From assembly GCA_965153285.1 (NCBI GenBank), contig OZ229111.1: a DNA stretch of 64,000 nucleotides; one strand, given 5' to 3'. The stretch comes from Podarcis tiliguerta. Taxonomy: Eukaryota. The position numbers and the translations under genes are program-made. This document shows, piece after piece, positions 22,347 to 36,216 of the stretch. The notes below the pieces were generated by a model. It was not told the DNA's origin. It did no database searches and was given only the letters and a program-made list of their open reading frames with translations. Positions within the stretch are counted from its first letter, which is position 1; the number at the start of each line of letters is the position of its first letter.

Positions 22347-25300
22347 TCAGCACCATGCTCTAACCAACTGTTTATGTCCCTCCTCTAACTGAAGCGCTTG
22401 CTAGGCTTATGTTGGCCAAAGCACATGCCTGGCTCCTCCCATTTTTCTCATATTTTGGAAGTGTGTACCCCTGCATTATTCTATAGTGAAGGGATTCTGC
22501 AGCTAGGCTTGATGGTATCATGGACAGGAACACTTAGCAAGAAGGTACCAGGCTCCACCCTCAACAAAGGGTAATGACGGGTGTGGTAACAGGGGCAGTG
22601 ACACATGCCATGATTTGAAGACTCAAACATCCCTGGGAAACACATTTCTGATGAATATAATGAAAAATATTTATCTATTATAAATATGATGACAATTTTT
22701 CTGATAGAACAGAAATGTACCGATGTAGTATTCAAGGGGTCCTGGTCCCTTTCCCTCTTTTTCTCACATCTTTTCATGAAAAAAGTCTGTGAGAATTTCT
22801 TCTGTTTCTTTACCATTTAAATGCAGGCAAAGAAGCAGGTTGAACAATAGCCAGTTGTTGCAGATCGTTAGCAAAGAGCTGGGAAAGTTAGAAAATGGGG
22901 GGGGGGGGGGGGACTGGCTAACTCTATCAGTTTCAGCTTCCATAGCCTTAACTGCCGGGAGCATTAAGGTGGGAGAGGAAGAAATATGGAGGCTACTGAT
23001 ACTTAAAGGTTGTGAAAATAAGTAACAATCAAAGCCAGACAGTAAAGGAACTAGAGGCACAGAGAAAATTCAACAAGAGGTAGAACAAACAAGGAATTAA
23101 GCGGCCTGAAAAAAGGTGAACACCAGGAGTCTCAGTAAGAAATGACCACTTTCTGCGAGGCAAAATTAAAAACTGAGGGAGGAAGGAGCAGGGAGGAACC
23201 AAGACGGCAGCTTCCTGTTTGTATTATTTATTTCTTTATGCAAACTTGCAATGTTGCCTATTGAAGGTCAGGCGGCACCAAACCTAAACCCAATCAGGCC
23301 GCAGCTTTTACAGGGGCTTTATGTCTGCTTGACACCAGAGAAATGGAGGAGACATTTATTTTCAAACTTTTTAATTTTTTACAATAATGTTGATTATTCT
23401 TCCTGTTTTATTGTTATTTTGCCTGCTTCTCATCAATAGGCAAAATGACATAAATGCTAGATTTCTTAACAGCTTGTTGCTCCATTTGTAACTAAGAATT
23501 TAAAAGTAAATTCAATTTGTAATTATGGTCTGAATAAACTGTACTTTTAATATACCACATATGATCATTTAATTGCAAACCCAGTTATACAGATTACATT
23601 TTATTCCTAAAGTAACAAAGGGACTTTTGATATGTAAAGAAGAAATGTATTGCATATTTTTCAATCCCCCCCCCAAATATATATTTCCCCTTGAATTTCC
23701 CCATGCCACACTGCTTCAAAATTTTACATCTCAACTCTCTCCCCCCTTTTCATTGAACAGTAAAGCTTGAATACAATAATTGTGACTTTTCAGTTTACTG
23801 TACTTTGGTAATCTTGACTCTCAAGTTTTGTATACTGTCTTGAAGACTTTTAGAAGGTAGACTATATATATGCAGCCTGAGATATAATTTGCTTTCTTTT
23901 AAGCTCTGCACAGTGATCTCAGGATAGAAGTCTGTGCAGAAAGAATTCTAAATAGAGAAGAATATCCTAAAGCAGGCTTTAAAGCCTTTTTATTTCAATC
24001 TGTCTTTGGTTTAAATTATCCGCTGGATTTGGAAACAGTTATTGCTCTCTTTTTAAATTGTAACATTCATTTATTGGTCTGCATTAGGAATTTCTTTGTG
24101 CTGCTGTTTTAGTTTTTAAACATTTTGATATTGGTTTAAAATATTTTTATGCTCCTGACAGTGTGTTGTGCATATAGATAGATGCACAGAAAGATAGATA
24201 GAGAGATAGAAGGCTGTATTTGATATTATAACATCTTGTTTTCCTGCAGCGCAGACCTCTATATATTTTATTGCATTCAATGAAATATTCATCCATGTTT
24301 GTATTAATAGGGTACATTTAATTAACTACATTCCTGAGATCAAACTATTAACTCTTTTACTATTGCCTCACTTTTATTGTAGCCTGCTTATATAAGCATG
24401 CATCCTTAAGTATATAGTAAAAGATAGCAGCCTTTAGCTTAAAATTATCACTGTAAGCCAAAACCTTAATTTGCATGTTCACTCAGATATGCACAAAATA
24501 TAAAGTTGGTTCCTGTAGGTTGCACGAAGTGAGAAATGTTCACTGTTGACATCAATTCTGTTGGCAAAGAGTTTTCTGCATATTTTAAAATAATACATTT
24601 TTCCCCCTTCAAGAGATAACACTTTCTGACTTGTAGCATTGCTAAAATGTGCAGTTCCACCCAGGCCAAAAAATACTGTCTTGAATACGTTTATGTTAAG
24701 TTTAAAGGGCGAGAGATCAGTGTGTTTGTGAGGCTATGTGTAGAGGTTATGCTGCTGAGATTACAAATATAAAACTAGCTTCTCTAATATATTTTTTTAG
24801 GTGTCAGGTATCCAACATGACTGGCTATAAAAGTGCCAAGATGCTCACCTCAGGCTTTCAATTAATTTATCTCTAAGTGTGTTATCATTCTATTTCTGAA
24901 CTAAAAAGACCTTACTGGAAGCATTTTCTCAGAGTGCTATGACTTCATCTGCATACCTATTTGCATATGCATATCCATCAGTCATAAGAGAGAGTGCCAC
25001 ACACAGTAGGTATGGTAAAGCACCCCATTGATAGAGAGAATGAACATTTATCTTGAGATCATAAATATGCATTCTGAAAGTTTTCATCCCAGTGTGTGGG
25101 TAATAGACTAGATGTGGATAAAACTAGGTAAATTCAATCCTCGCAGGCCCATATGTCCTTCATGACTAAAAGATGCTCAGTTTAGAACGAAAGGCAAAGG
25201 TAAATGTAGTCTGCTCTCTAGAGAACACTATGTAAACAATGTTTCTCATGCAGCTAAAAACATTGCCAGATTGTCAAGAAAGAAAATGCAAACAACGAAT

Positions 25301-27330
25301 TCCTCACAGGTATGCAACAAAAAACGGCAAAGCAGCTGAAAACCATCACCACACGATTCCATTGTGTACTTGGAATCAGGGTGAACAGGAAGCTCTGATC
25401 AGAAAATTATCCACAATAATGGAAGCACATGAGATAACTTCATTTGTAGAATCACTTAATTTTTCCTACGTTTGGCAACTATGTCTGGAAGGTAACCCTT
25501 CCAGTACAAAGAAGAAGAAGCAAGCACTGAGTTATTGAGAGACATTCTTATTAGCATCTATTGAGTTAGTCACCATTGCTAATAAGAAAGCTAGGATTAG
25601 TAAATATCAACTGAAGTGTGTATTTCACAGCGCAAAATTGAAAATGAATGTCAGTTGTTGTCTGTCCCTCTGCACATCAGGACACTCTCTTCATGGAAGG
25701 AACTTTTTTTATTTACTCAGGTAACTATATGTGAGCGTTTCTGCAAATTTCTGACCCCAGTTAACAGAAAGTTAACCCAGTTCACCGCCTGGTTAACATT
25801 CAGCTTCTTTCTTTGTGGCTTCCCCCCTTCTCAAAAACTAAGGGGCTTTTAATAGCTCACAACAGAGACCCCCTTTGTCTCTGGGCCCACATGTTTGGCT
25901 CACTAGGTGCTTCTTCTCTCTCTACAAACATTGCTGTAGGCTCATTGCTGTCAGAGCTTCTCCACAGGCTCTACACTAACAGCCAGTGCTGTGAGCAGCA
26001 TCTTCTTCCATCTTACCTACTATCCTTACTCTCCAATGGTTATAGGAATACATTAAATGTTTCTGGCACCAGGTTCATTAATACATAGAACAAGGATTTT
26101 GTATTTGATTCTATAATTATTCTTCTCTTACATTATTTGGTAAGCAAAGATAATATTTTGCTTCCATGTCTGAATAGGTCAGCACACCATTTTAGTTACA
26201 GAAAGGCCACTGATTGACCACTCAATGTCAGTTCCATACTGTAGAGCCAGGCACATACACACATACTTTCATAGCGTAGGCACGTATATTAAACATTAAG
26301 AATAAGGCAGGAAATGTGCTTATTTTAAGATAAAGGAGTTTAAATTTATCTTCATTTAGAAATTCTACCATGCCACAAAATCTGGTTTCCAAACATCACA
26401 TGATTAAAAAAAAAAGTATCGTGCACCTGTTGGTAAGACATGAGACAATACTAACACAATAATAGGCATACAGAATTTCACAGAGATATAGGTAAGAGCT
26501 AATTAGACCAAAATAAATATTAGGGGGGAAAGCTTGAAGAGAAGCTGTTATAGAAAAAGTGTGCAATGGAAACATCCTCTAAACTGAGGCTATGCTTCCA
26601 ATGCTACTTTGATTTACCCTTCTTTTCAGAGTCGGAAATTACTAATTACATTGAAATGAACAATTACATAATTGCCTGTTTTGTATTTCTCGGACTGTTA
26701 ACATTTCTGTGACAGCTTAGCATCTTCAAGCTGCTGAGCAGAGACATTCTTTCCTGACAATCTCAGCTCCACCTCATACAGCACACATTCATATTAGCAA
26801 CACTGAATGGCCCAGGTAATCAGTACATGTCTAGCAGCTCCAAACACCATGACCAATATAATTGTCAATACACTCTAGGCCAGCTGTTGGAGACTGGTTG
26901 CACTCCTGCTGTATATCTAATACTGTGTATTGTATAGACCTGAACAGGGCTAATCTGTCCTCTAACAATGATCTGCACCTACACATATCCATTGAAATAA
27001 CTGCAGAATCAATACAGGATGCCCAGCTTGCTCAGCCTCAGTTGGTGCATGAACATCCTCTTCCAGACATACTTCCTGAATCTCCAGCTGTGAGCACAGA
27101 CACGAAGGACTCATCCACATCTCAAATTCATTTTGTGCACTATAGTCCTCTGTGCTTCCATACCTATCTGGTTTGTTCATTGCTCCCACAAACTGTTCTA
27201 CAAGGAACACACATCTGCATATTTTGTATAACATTGCCCGTTATAATTTACTGCCCGTGGCTTTGCATAAGCAATACCCTACAAACCTCTCACTGTGTAC
27301 TGCTTCTGGTAGAAAGAAGGGAAATTCATG

Positions 27331-27889
27331 TGTCGTGTGGGTGGGGGTGCTTTTGGGGTATGTGTTTCATCAAATTGTTATTAGTTGACAGGGGTAGCCT
27401 GACTGCTGAGACCCTTCTAAGCCCTAGATCCAGCAAGTGTGAAAATCTAATCAAGAATTCAAATTCCTTGAATAGTCAAACTAGTTTCCTGGTAAGGTAA
27501 TGGGTCATTAAGGAAACAAAGTGGCTCTGTGCTAGATAGCAAGTCAGTGGGTCTTCCTCCATCAACTGGCTGGTAGTTAGAAAGACAAAGGCGAGAGTTG
27601 AGAGATGAGTGATGTGAGCTACAAGCTGGAAGCAGCAGGCTGGGAAAGCAGACTCAGAGCAAGACTTGATTTTCCATTTGAATCCAAGGCTGCAGCTATA
27701 TGGGAAGAAAGGCCCTCTTGGGGTGTTAATGTTGTGGACCCAGGCTCAAGTTGTATATATGTGTAAATAAACTATATATCATAAAGACACCGCAGTCTTT
27801 CCCTCATTCCGAAGGAAACACGAACTTTGAGTAAACGCCTGGAACCCCTGCAATCTTGCACTGCTCAGAGATTGGGATGGCATGCAACA
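27331..27889 (+). mobile_element. probable LTR of an LTR retrotransposon
   Basis: Starts TGTCG and ends GCAACA (TG...CA). Internal AATAAA at ~27766 followed by a U5-like segment. Purine tract agaaagaagggaaa just upstream (27311-27324). No clean TSD seen. Confidence 0.55.
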
Positions 27890-28170
27890 ATATTGTTTCT
27901 TTTTTATTACTAGACTGTGCTGCACGTTATTGCTGTAAATACCTTAGAAGGAGCACACCCCCCCCATGAGAAGCAAGGAGCCAGATTCCAGCGTGGTCTC
28001 TATCTTAGCCAGCCTGCCTTCTCCTTCCTGTCCCTTGCCCATTTGCCACTTGCATGCAGGTGTCTGGGATGCTGGGGAAAACAGAGGCCATGCACACACT
28101 GAAACAAGGGTGGCAGCCTAGCTTGGTCTGTCTGAGCAGCTTGAGTATCAGCTCTGGCTCATTTGCTGCC

Positions 28171-28360
28171 CAGGGGTGCCAACTTGAATAAGATATTGTG
28201 GGGCCCCAGATAAGCCCCACCCCTCATAATCAGTCACATAACACAGTGCACGCACACCCTTTGAACGGCAATGTCCATCAACTTTGGGGCGCCCGGCCCC
28301 CTCAAATATTTTATTGTGGAGGTCAAAGCCCCCCCAACCCCTAGGAGTTGGCTCCTAATG
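28171..28360. mobile_element. hAT-like MITE (degenerate)
   Basis: Imperfect TIRs caggggtgccaact / agttggctcctaatg, the same TIR type as the element starting at 63933. TSD not recognisable. Confidence 0.6.
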
Positions 28361-30590
28361 GGAGGGAAGGAATAGGAGAAAAAGAAATAAGGAAAGCTTT
28401 TGCAAGTTGAAGGAGTAGGGAGAGAAAAGCTTTGGGTTTGTTCCTTTGCCAAAGTGTGTGTGGTCTGCAAGCTGGGGAGGGGGTATGTCTTTTCCTCAAA
28501 CAATCCCTCTCAGTAATGAACAAGTAAGCAAGCACTAAACTTCGTGCCCCAGAACTACTAGTTATCTTACAAACAGACTAAGGAAAATCCATCCTGCAAT
28601 CGTTACTGACTAACACATCTAACAACTCAGTCTCAAGCACTCCTACTCAGAAGTAAGCCCTATTAAGTGCAAAGGGACTTGTAAATTCACCCAGAAATTA
28701 ACAGCATCAACAACACGAAAGAAATGAGGTAAGTAGGGTTGGTGTTGTGTGGAGGGGGAGGGGTCAATAGCACAGATGAGAAGTTAAAGAGACAGGGGGA
28801 AATGAGAAGACCTCAACACTAAATTAGAAAACCTTTTCATGTTACCATTGGTTAGTGAAAAAATAGATTTTAGATTCAGATAAGCCAACATATTATCCAG
28901 TCAGTAGAAACACCATCATCATCATTAGAATTTGTTAGTCACTTTATCTTGCCCAAGACAACCCAAAACAACTTGCAAGTTGCAACCAAACATCATGTCA
29001 AGTGATGTACAAGTCAACTTTAGACATGGTTGATTCAGGGCTCATCCACAACAACAAGTATTTCAGCCAACAACCTTCTGTTTGAACATGTAGGAAAAAG
29101 GTACAGAACACTGTAACTTTTGCAGATGAAACACTCCCCTTTGCGGTCTGTACAGAAGATGCACTGAGGGCCAAACTTATATGTTTAAGCAAGCATTCTT
29201 TTGCTGGTTGTTTTTATTTTGGAGAAAAAGCAGCTGTGTCCTAAAGTGCTGCTTTCTGCAAACCTGTACAAGGCTCCAATCCAGATACTCTCTTTCCCTA
29301 CTCCGAAGTAATGTGGCCACGTTGGTTGAAGCATGTGAAAATGTCATGTATACTTTGGTCTTGAATCAGCAGATAACTCACTAAGGTTCTGCCCTATAGT
29401 TAAAGCAGTTGTACCCATGTATCATACTGAATTACTAGCTTAAATATGGGAAGACTTCAACATATATCACTGTTTTGAAATACTGATCAACCAGGGTTAG
29501 CCAAGCTGGATAAAAATCTTAAAATAAAGAACAAGCCCAATAATATTCTGTAATAGGAACAGAAATTAAGATTGGCCAATATTTTATATGAGCCCATGAA
29601 GCACTTAAAAAAATAAAGCTTTACTTGCTTTTAAATGCAGGATGATAAATAAGTATACCCTTTTGCTGAAAAAGAATGAGAAATAGCTAGTGGAATTTTG
29701 ATTGTCTTGAAGTATCACTATAAACTTAATGAACCATCTCTAGTTGAATGTTTCAGAATTGGGTCAAAACTAAAAAGACTGGAGATGGTACTGCAACATA
29801 TACAAGGAGAGGCTGAAATCCTCAGAAGGATTACTCTGAAATAGTTTCCTGGAGAAGGCAGCTTGCGGCTTCTAAACTGCATTGCAAGAAGGAGACAAAG
29901 CACAGCACAGAGAGCATTTCTACTGCATGGAAGTCAATAAAAAGAACTCAACCCAAACTCGTAAAGCACCTTTGTTTTCAGTGGCAGAGGGTTAAGTAAT
30001 TGCTTAACTCTCCACTGAAATGAATGACACATAAGGGTACTTTGGCTAGATTGTATCCCATAATTCCCTCTGTTTTCAATGTTCAGGCTGTTAGGGCTCT
30101 CACATATGCAGCCAAAAAGGACCCCCACCCCCCACATACAGAACTGAAAACCAGGTGGGAGCAGCAATGAAATGGAGCATTGAGGGAATTTGCAGGGGCC
30201 CCTTGATTTAACAGGAATGTATATTGTCTTCATAATTGCAAAATAAGTGCACTATTCTACCATTGCTAATCTAGTCACACAAAATTCCACCTCATTACAA
30301 TTACAGTAAGCAAAGCAGCATGAGCAAGAAATGCAGCAATGGAATCATGGTCCATATGTATGTGAATACAAGGAAATATACTTCCACTTTCCACCTGGTT
30401 TTGTCTTTCTTTCATAATTATTTTACTTGGACTTAATACTCTTGTTTATGCATTATAGTTTTACTGAAAAATAAGTATAATATTGTTCCATGTACCTCAA
30501 TTCCTAAGCAGCAAGAGACTTCAGGAGTTCCAGTTCTTACCCAGGTTTCGGTTTCCTTTGAATGAATGGCTTTATTTACACACACATATA

Positions 30591-30822
30591 CAGTGGTACC
30601 TTGGGTTACAAACTTAATTGACTCTTGGAGGTCTGTTCTTAACCCGAAACTGCTCTTCACCTGAGGTACCACTTTAGCTAATGGGGCCTCCTGCCGCCGC
30701 CGTGCAATTTCTGTTCTCATCCTGGGGCAAAGTTCACAACCCGAGGTACTATTTCTGGGTTAGCTGAGTTTGTAACCTGAAGTGTTTGTAACCCAAAGCG
30801 TTTGTAACCCGAGGTACCACTG
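30591..30822. mobile_element. Tc1/mariner-superfamily MITE, 232 bp
   Basis: TA TSD at 30589-30590 and 30823-30824. TIRs cagtggtaccttgggttaca / tgtaacccgaggtaccactg. Confidence 0.95.
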
Positions 30823-32232
30823 TATATAATCTGAGCACAAGATGGTAGGATGCACAGCATTAACACTTGAATAGGTCTTTCTTCCCCAATAGGTTTTTTT
30901 TTGGGGGGGGGGGCATGTTCCAAAGCCATAGCTTTGAATTCAGCACAGAGAGCAAGCCTCTGTGTCTTCCCACCTCCAGCACCCTAGACAAATGCTAGCT
31001 CTTGCACTATTGTTCTCCTGCCTACAAGATGATGTGAACCTACCTCTCCTGAAAGGGCATCACCAGACAATTGTTGTCATGCCAACACATCTGTACTTGA
31101 CCAACTCTTTAAATACTGTGCTTACAGGCCTAGCTAGGACCATTAACTAAACAAGAAAACTGGTTTGGCCACTTCAGCAGTCCCTACTACTACAAACTCC
31201 CATATTACAGATACAAAATAAGAGACTTGGTTGGGACCCAAATACAACATTCACACCTCCATCTCAATGCTACAACAATATAATCTCTTATATAATTGCA
31301 CTAACTTTTGTGTCCATTCTTCAGTATTTGGCTGCACAGCAAGTCTTAGGATTAGGCTGGAAACCTCTGAGTGCATATGGATAATCTTAATATTAATATA
31401 ATATTCCCGATGGCTGATATGCTCAGTATTCAGAATAATACAAAGAGTCTCAGTAGGCTTCTGCCTGGAGATGTACAAAAACAATAACTTCCTTTCCTCT
31501 TCCAAGTTCTATTTTCCACCACTTCAAGAACTGAGGAATTTGATAGCCACAGCGATTTACATTGCTCAGCTCAACAGACAATGTGGGAATCAAACTACTG
31601 TTCTAAAGAGCAGCAAGCTCCTCAGGCTAGCCTCAAGCATGTTGGGACAATACATCTGTTAATTTATTTCCTGAACATGATGCTGGTTACTACTACATTC
31701 ACAGCAGAAAACAGGAACCCCAAACCCCACCTGCACATAAACTTAGAAACAAATAATATTTCATTTCTCAAGATGCCAAAGAAACATACAACTAATTTTG
31801 CTGCGAATCACCCATATGTATGCCTATTAATGCAATAAATAACAAAAATACCTCCATTATTGCTACTGATGATAGTAACATGAATAAAACTGAAACTAGG
31901 TTGTAGTGGCTTATTTTTCAGAAATAGTTTGATATCTGGTGGGGCCACCCCACTGGAAACAGCCATGTATTCTCAATCCTTCTTAACCCATATCTCACTT
32001 TACGTAACATAACAATCCCACTTTCCTGTTTAAACCGGTTTCCACTAATTATTTTATCTGCATTTTCAAAAGGTTTGAAATATAATGACTTTTACTTCTA
32101 AATAATAATGAATCAAAGTACATATATATTCAAATTTTCAAACAAAACTTGCAAAAAGAATGCTGTCCTCCCATGGCTTCAGGAAGTTTATAGTAACACA
32201 CTGTTTCTGCTCGCAATCAAATAATACAGGAG

Positions 32233-32291
32233 TATAGAAATAAAGTACAGCTTGATATAGAATATAGATATAGAAATAAAGTACAGCTTGA
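32233..32291. repeat. 23-bp direct duplication with 13-bp spacer
   Basis: tatagaaataaagtacagcttga at 32233-32255 and 32269-32291. Confidence 0.9.
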
Positions 32292-33919
32292 ACTGTTCTA
32301 TGACACTTCAAAAGATGGTCCCTATCAGCACTTCATTCATTTCCAGTTTACACATAGAATACTCTAGCATCCTACTCCAAATGCTCATTTTACAAAATGG
32401 CTGAAAACTATACTATTCCATTACTACATAGTTGGTTTTTTGTTTTTGTTTTTCAATGTCATGCTAAGATTACTCTTAGGTATATGAATTTTAAAGTACG
32501 TCCCAGCAAGTGGGACTTACTTATAAAGAAAAGCTCCTATTATTAAGCTATCTGTCTCTCAAAATCAAGAAAGGAAAAACCAACCCAAGATTCCTCACTA
32601 TGATGGCCCCTACTCAGAAGTGAAAGCAATCTGCAACAATGGGCATTTGCCACCTTCTCTTGGTAAGATATCTTGGTTTTGGAGTCAGTTGTGTGCTGCT
32701 GAGATGGAGGGATATATCAGAGGACAACTGCTTACACATTCTTAGAAACTAGAAGGCTGGTTGTCACTACCATGATATTTAAATCATACTTAGCAAATTG
32801 GGAATTACTAATTTGCACTTTGCAACTGACTGTTAAGTAACTTGAATTTCACAGGCCCCTTTATATTTCATGTTACTTAGATACTGAAGCAATAATTGTG
32901 ATGAATTATGAATGGCTGAGATACAAATGACAAGCACATTCCTTCAAGGTTATTTTAAATACAAACCTCTATTATTCAGCAAAGGGCCATCAACTGTGTT
33001 ATTTTAAGTTTCTCCCACTTTCAAATAATGTGAATTCAAAATCTAGGAAGGAAACAAATAATACTTCCCAAGGAGATTCTTACATTTTAAAGCTTGAAAA
33101 AAGCATAGCCCTGATACAAGGTGGATGAATGCCTTTGTATTTCTTTTTTCAGGCAGAACGATTCTACACGATGAACAGTGTATTTGAAAATAGAATTACT
33201 TTTGAATGACAAATAAATATTTTATTTTGAACACACTGAGTTTGAGAAGACAACAAAAGATCCACACAGAAATCTAGAATGGGATGCTAGGAGAAGGTTC
33301 TCATGTAAAGAGGCAGAGCAAGTGTAGACAACTAAAACAGACTTGGAGGACTTCCACTCTGATCCTGGAGTTAGCATTTAGCTATCATGCCTAACACTAT
33401 TTATATTCACAATGAATTTACCTGATCCCATTTTAAAACAGCGTAAAACCATAGTATGTTTTGCTTGCTCTTCTCTCTTGTTCCTTTATGCTGTAGCTCT
33501 GACCAAGTAGGTCCAAGAATCTGCATTATTAATTAATGTGATAATTAAGTGCAACTTGTTGTAACTATGTGCATGACAAGAAACACATGGAAGGAAAAAA
33601 TAAATCCTCATTTTAGTCCTGCTAAAATATAAGTATGAAACACATAATGGATTGTTCTTATGTTCCTCTAGGAAAGGGTCACAGAATAGTTCCAGAGTCA
33701 ATTTTCAACAGTATTATTTCAATAATCACATTTTTTTCTAAAGGCATAGTTTGAGCTTATTCTCTTTGAGCATAGGGTAAAACTTTGATATACTTCCGTT
33801 TCCTTTGCATTCATAATTGTATAACATATTCTCTCTCCAACCATTTCCCCATTTGCAAAAGAATTTTAAAAGGTTAAAATGTTAAAATGATGTCTGTCCA
33901 TTTGTGCAACAAATATTTG

Positions 33920-34081
33920 CTTCTGCAATGCCTTCCAATTTCTCTTCACCCCCACCCCATGTGTCCCCCCAAAACCCTGTGAATCAGGTTTTGAGGGTGT
34001 GGGGCTCTGCAAGAGACTGCGGGATGAAGAGGAGCCCCCCTTGCAGGAGTGGACATCCACTCACGCCACTTTGATACAGCC
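33920..34081. mobile_element. degenerate palindromic MITE-like element
   Basis: Central hairpin caaaacc...ggttfittg-type pairing seen as caaaaccctgtgaatcaggttttg, with outer arms cttctgcaa..ctcttcacccc / gggatgaagag..ttgcaggag. Confidence 0.45.
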
Positions 34082-35980
34082 TGAACTTTTGATAAAGGAC
34101 TTATAAAGCAATTCGGGATATCAGATTAACAAATTCAGATAACGAGAAACAATGGCTTGCTCAAAGTAATGGAGGGGACAATTTATGCCAACTCTTCCAC
34201 AATCTCTATCACAGTATCCCAAACCATTCCTAATACAGGGAGAATCTTGCTGGGGGGGAAAGCCACACATCTACATCACTTTTGTTTGGGGGGGGGGCGT
34301 ATTTCAAAGTACACAGACTTAAAAGGTAGTTTTAATAAGATTATTCGCTGCCTTTGGGGTGGGGCAAAATGGGAAATTATTAGACTACACATTCACAATT
34401 GTGGGTGCAAGTACATCTATATACTAATATTATTCTTGACTTCTGACATAAAAATAATGAGATCTGGTAGCCTAACAGGAGAATCTGGGTCCAAAAAAAT
34501 CACCCACAATAATGCAAGGCACAGCTATTTCCAAACAAATAAACTGACAAAGAAAAAGGCTCCGATTTTACTAACCTTCAGTAATTGTGGAAGCAACATT
34601 AACGAGCTGTACATTTGAATGTGTGGCATAATGCCTGCCTTTTATGTTTTTCTCTCTTTTCAAAGGTGAAAATCATAAGCAAATCCCATCTGAGTAAACT
34701 CAGGATTCATCAGGGCAGGAGACTGAACAAACACACACACACACCCCTCCCCATCTCCCCTCCGTTCTTTTTTCTTTGCTTTGCTTTTCATCCTGCAGTT
34801 CCTCAGAAATTAGTTGTAGAAGTTTTTCCCTGCTGACAGCCAAGTGCCAAGTGTATCCTATACATGTAATGCACCTGACATTTTAGCATTTCACCAGGTT
34901 AATACGTTTTGACAAGCCCTTAAAGATATATATATAATTATTGAAATGTATGTAAAAGAAGCTTTTAAACTTCATTCAATTAATGTTTAATTTAAAATTG
35001 TTTTTCCTACAAAACCAGCTTCTCATTGTGCTTTCCTTTACATGGAAATAATTGGCTTCTGAGAGTGGGAAACCTTTCTGGAATCAGTGAGTATATACTG
35101 GTTGATGGATGCTCTAAATATTATATTTCTCATGCACAATAGAAATGTTGAAAACTGAGAAGATAAGGTATGATGGACATTTTGTAATTGTCTGTGTTGA
35201 TTAAATTTTAACTTTCTAATTTCTTTGGGCATTTCCTTTCTTCGTGTTACTGTGCTTGGAAAACAGCACAACATCTTGAACTGATTACACAATGCACTTC
35301 TCATGGCATTCTAAAGACTGTGGTGACTTGATCTTTCAGCAATGGTGAATTTAGTCGCCAAGCACACAGAATGCACCCACACCAAATGAGAACAGTGGAA
35401 GACCTTTGAGAAGATGCAGGCTGCCAACAGCACCAGATTTACAGCAATGCAGGCGGTTTCCCCACACAAGGAGCCAAACTGAGGGGGTGCAAAATTGAGA
35501 AGATCCATTTGGGGGCACCAAATTTTGGCCATAGTACCAGATTACCAAAGTTCTCCCCTGCTGCCAAGTAATTTGGAAGAAATAAACATTTTCAACTGGC
35601 TGTTCTGTCAATAATGGGGGATTAAAATTGGCCATAACTTTATTGCTTACAGATATAGTAGCTTCTGGCATAGGCACTGGGTAAGTATCCTAAATCAACC
35701 AACCCACCTTCTGATTGGTTACTCCTTTAGCGGTGATCCTGCGTTTAGGGATTATCATTACACAGATTAAATGAGGCGATCCTACCCAGATGCCAGTTGG
35801 GTGTTCAATGGCCTGACTGCACCTGTCTGGACCACTGGACAGAACTCTCCAGTACCCAAATGCACAGCCTGCCCCAAGCACAGCCAGAATTCCAGCAGGC
35901 TTGGCTCCTCCCTTCAAAAGCCATAATTGGCCAGTTTTTAAAAAATATTTGAGTGGGCAAATATCCCGAGAGCTCTGCGA

Positions 35981-36070
35981 CATAGCTGTCAACTTTTCCC
36001 TTTTCTTGCGAGGAATCCTATTCGGAATAAGGGAATTTCCCTTACAAAAAGGGAAACGTTGACAGCTGTG
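35981..36070. mobile_element. hAT-type MITE, 90 bp
   Basis: TIRs catagctgtcaac / gttgacagctgtg. Perfect 8-bp TSD ctctgcga at 35973-35980 and 36071-36078. Confidence 0.93.
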
Positions 36071-36216
36071 CTCTGCGACCAGCCAAAGTCAATGGGCAAC
36101 AGACCCCCTCTCCCCCTGGCTCGCCAAGGCCGCAGCAGGCCACAATCGCCACTGTCCCCCAAAGAGGTAAACTGTCCTTAGAAAGAACATGGCAAACACA
36201 AAGGTCTGGTACTCCT

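Noticed and set aside
22897-22912. G homopolymer runs (also C run at 1880; G runs at 30903, 37357, 56829) as G-quadruplex elements
   Set aside because: Simple mononucleotide runs, common in such genomes and of unreliable length in assemblies.
23084-23101. 18-mer aacaaacaaggaattaag repeated at 58020-58037
   Set aside because: A-rich and the flanks do not align; compatible with chance in 64 kb.
24804-24817. 14-mer tcaggtatccaaca repeated near 40667
   Set aside because: Several 14-mer coincidences are expected in a window of this size.
26862-27500. 212-aa ORF as a host gene
   Set aside because: Non-ATG (TTG) start, no recognisable host domain, and the 3' part runs into an LTR-like repeat. Better explained as a retroelement remnant or chance.
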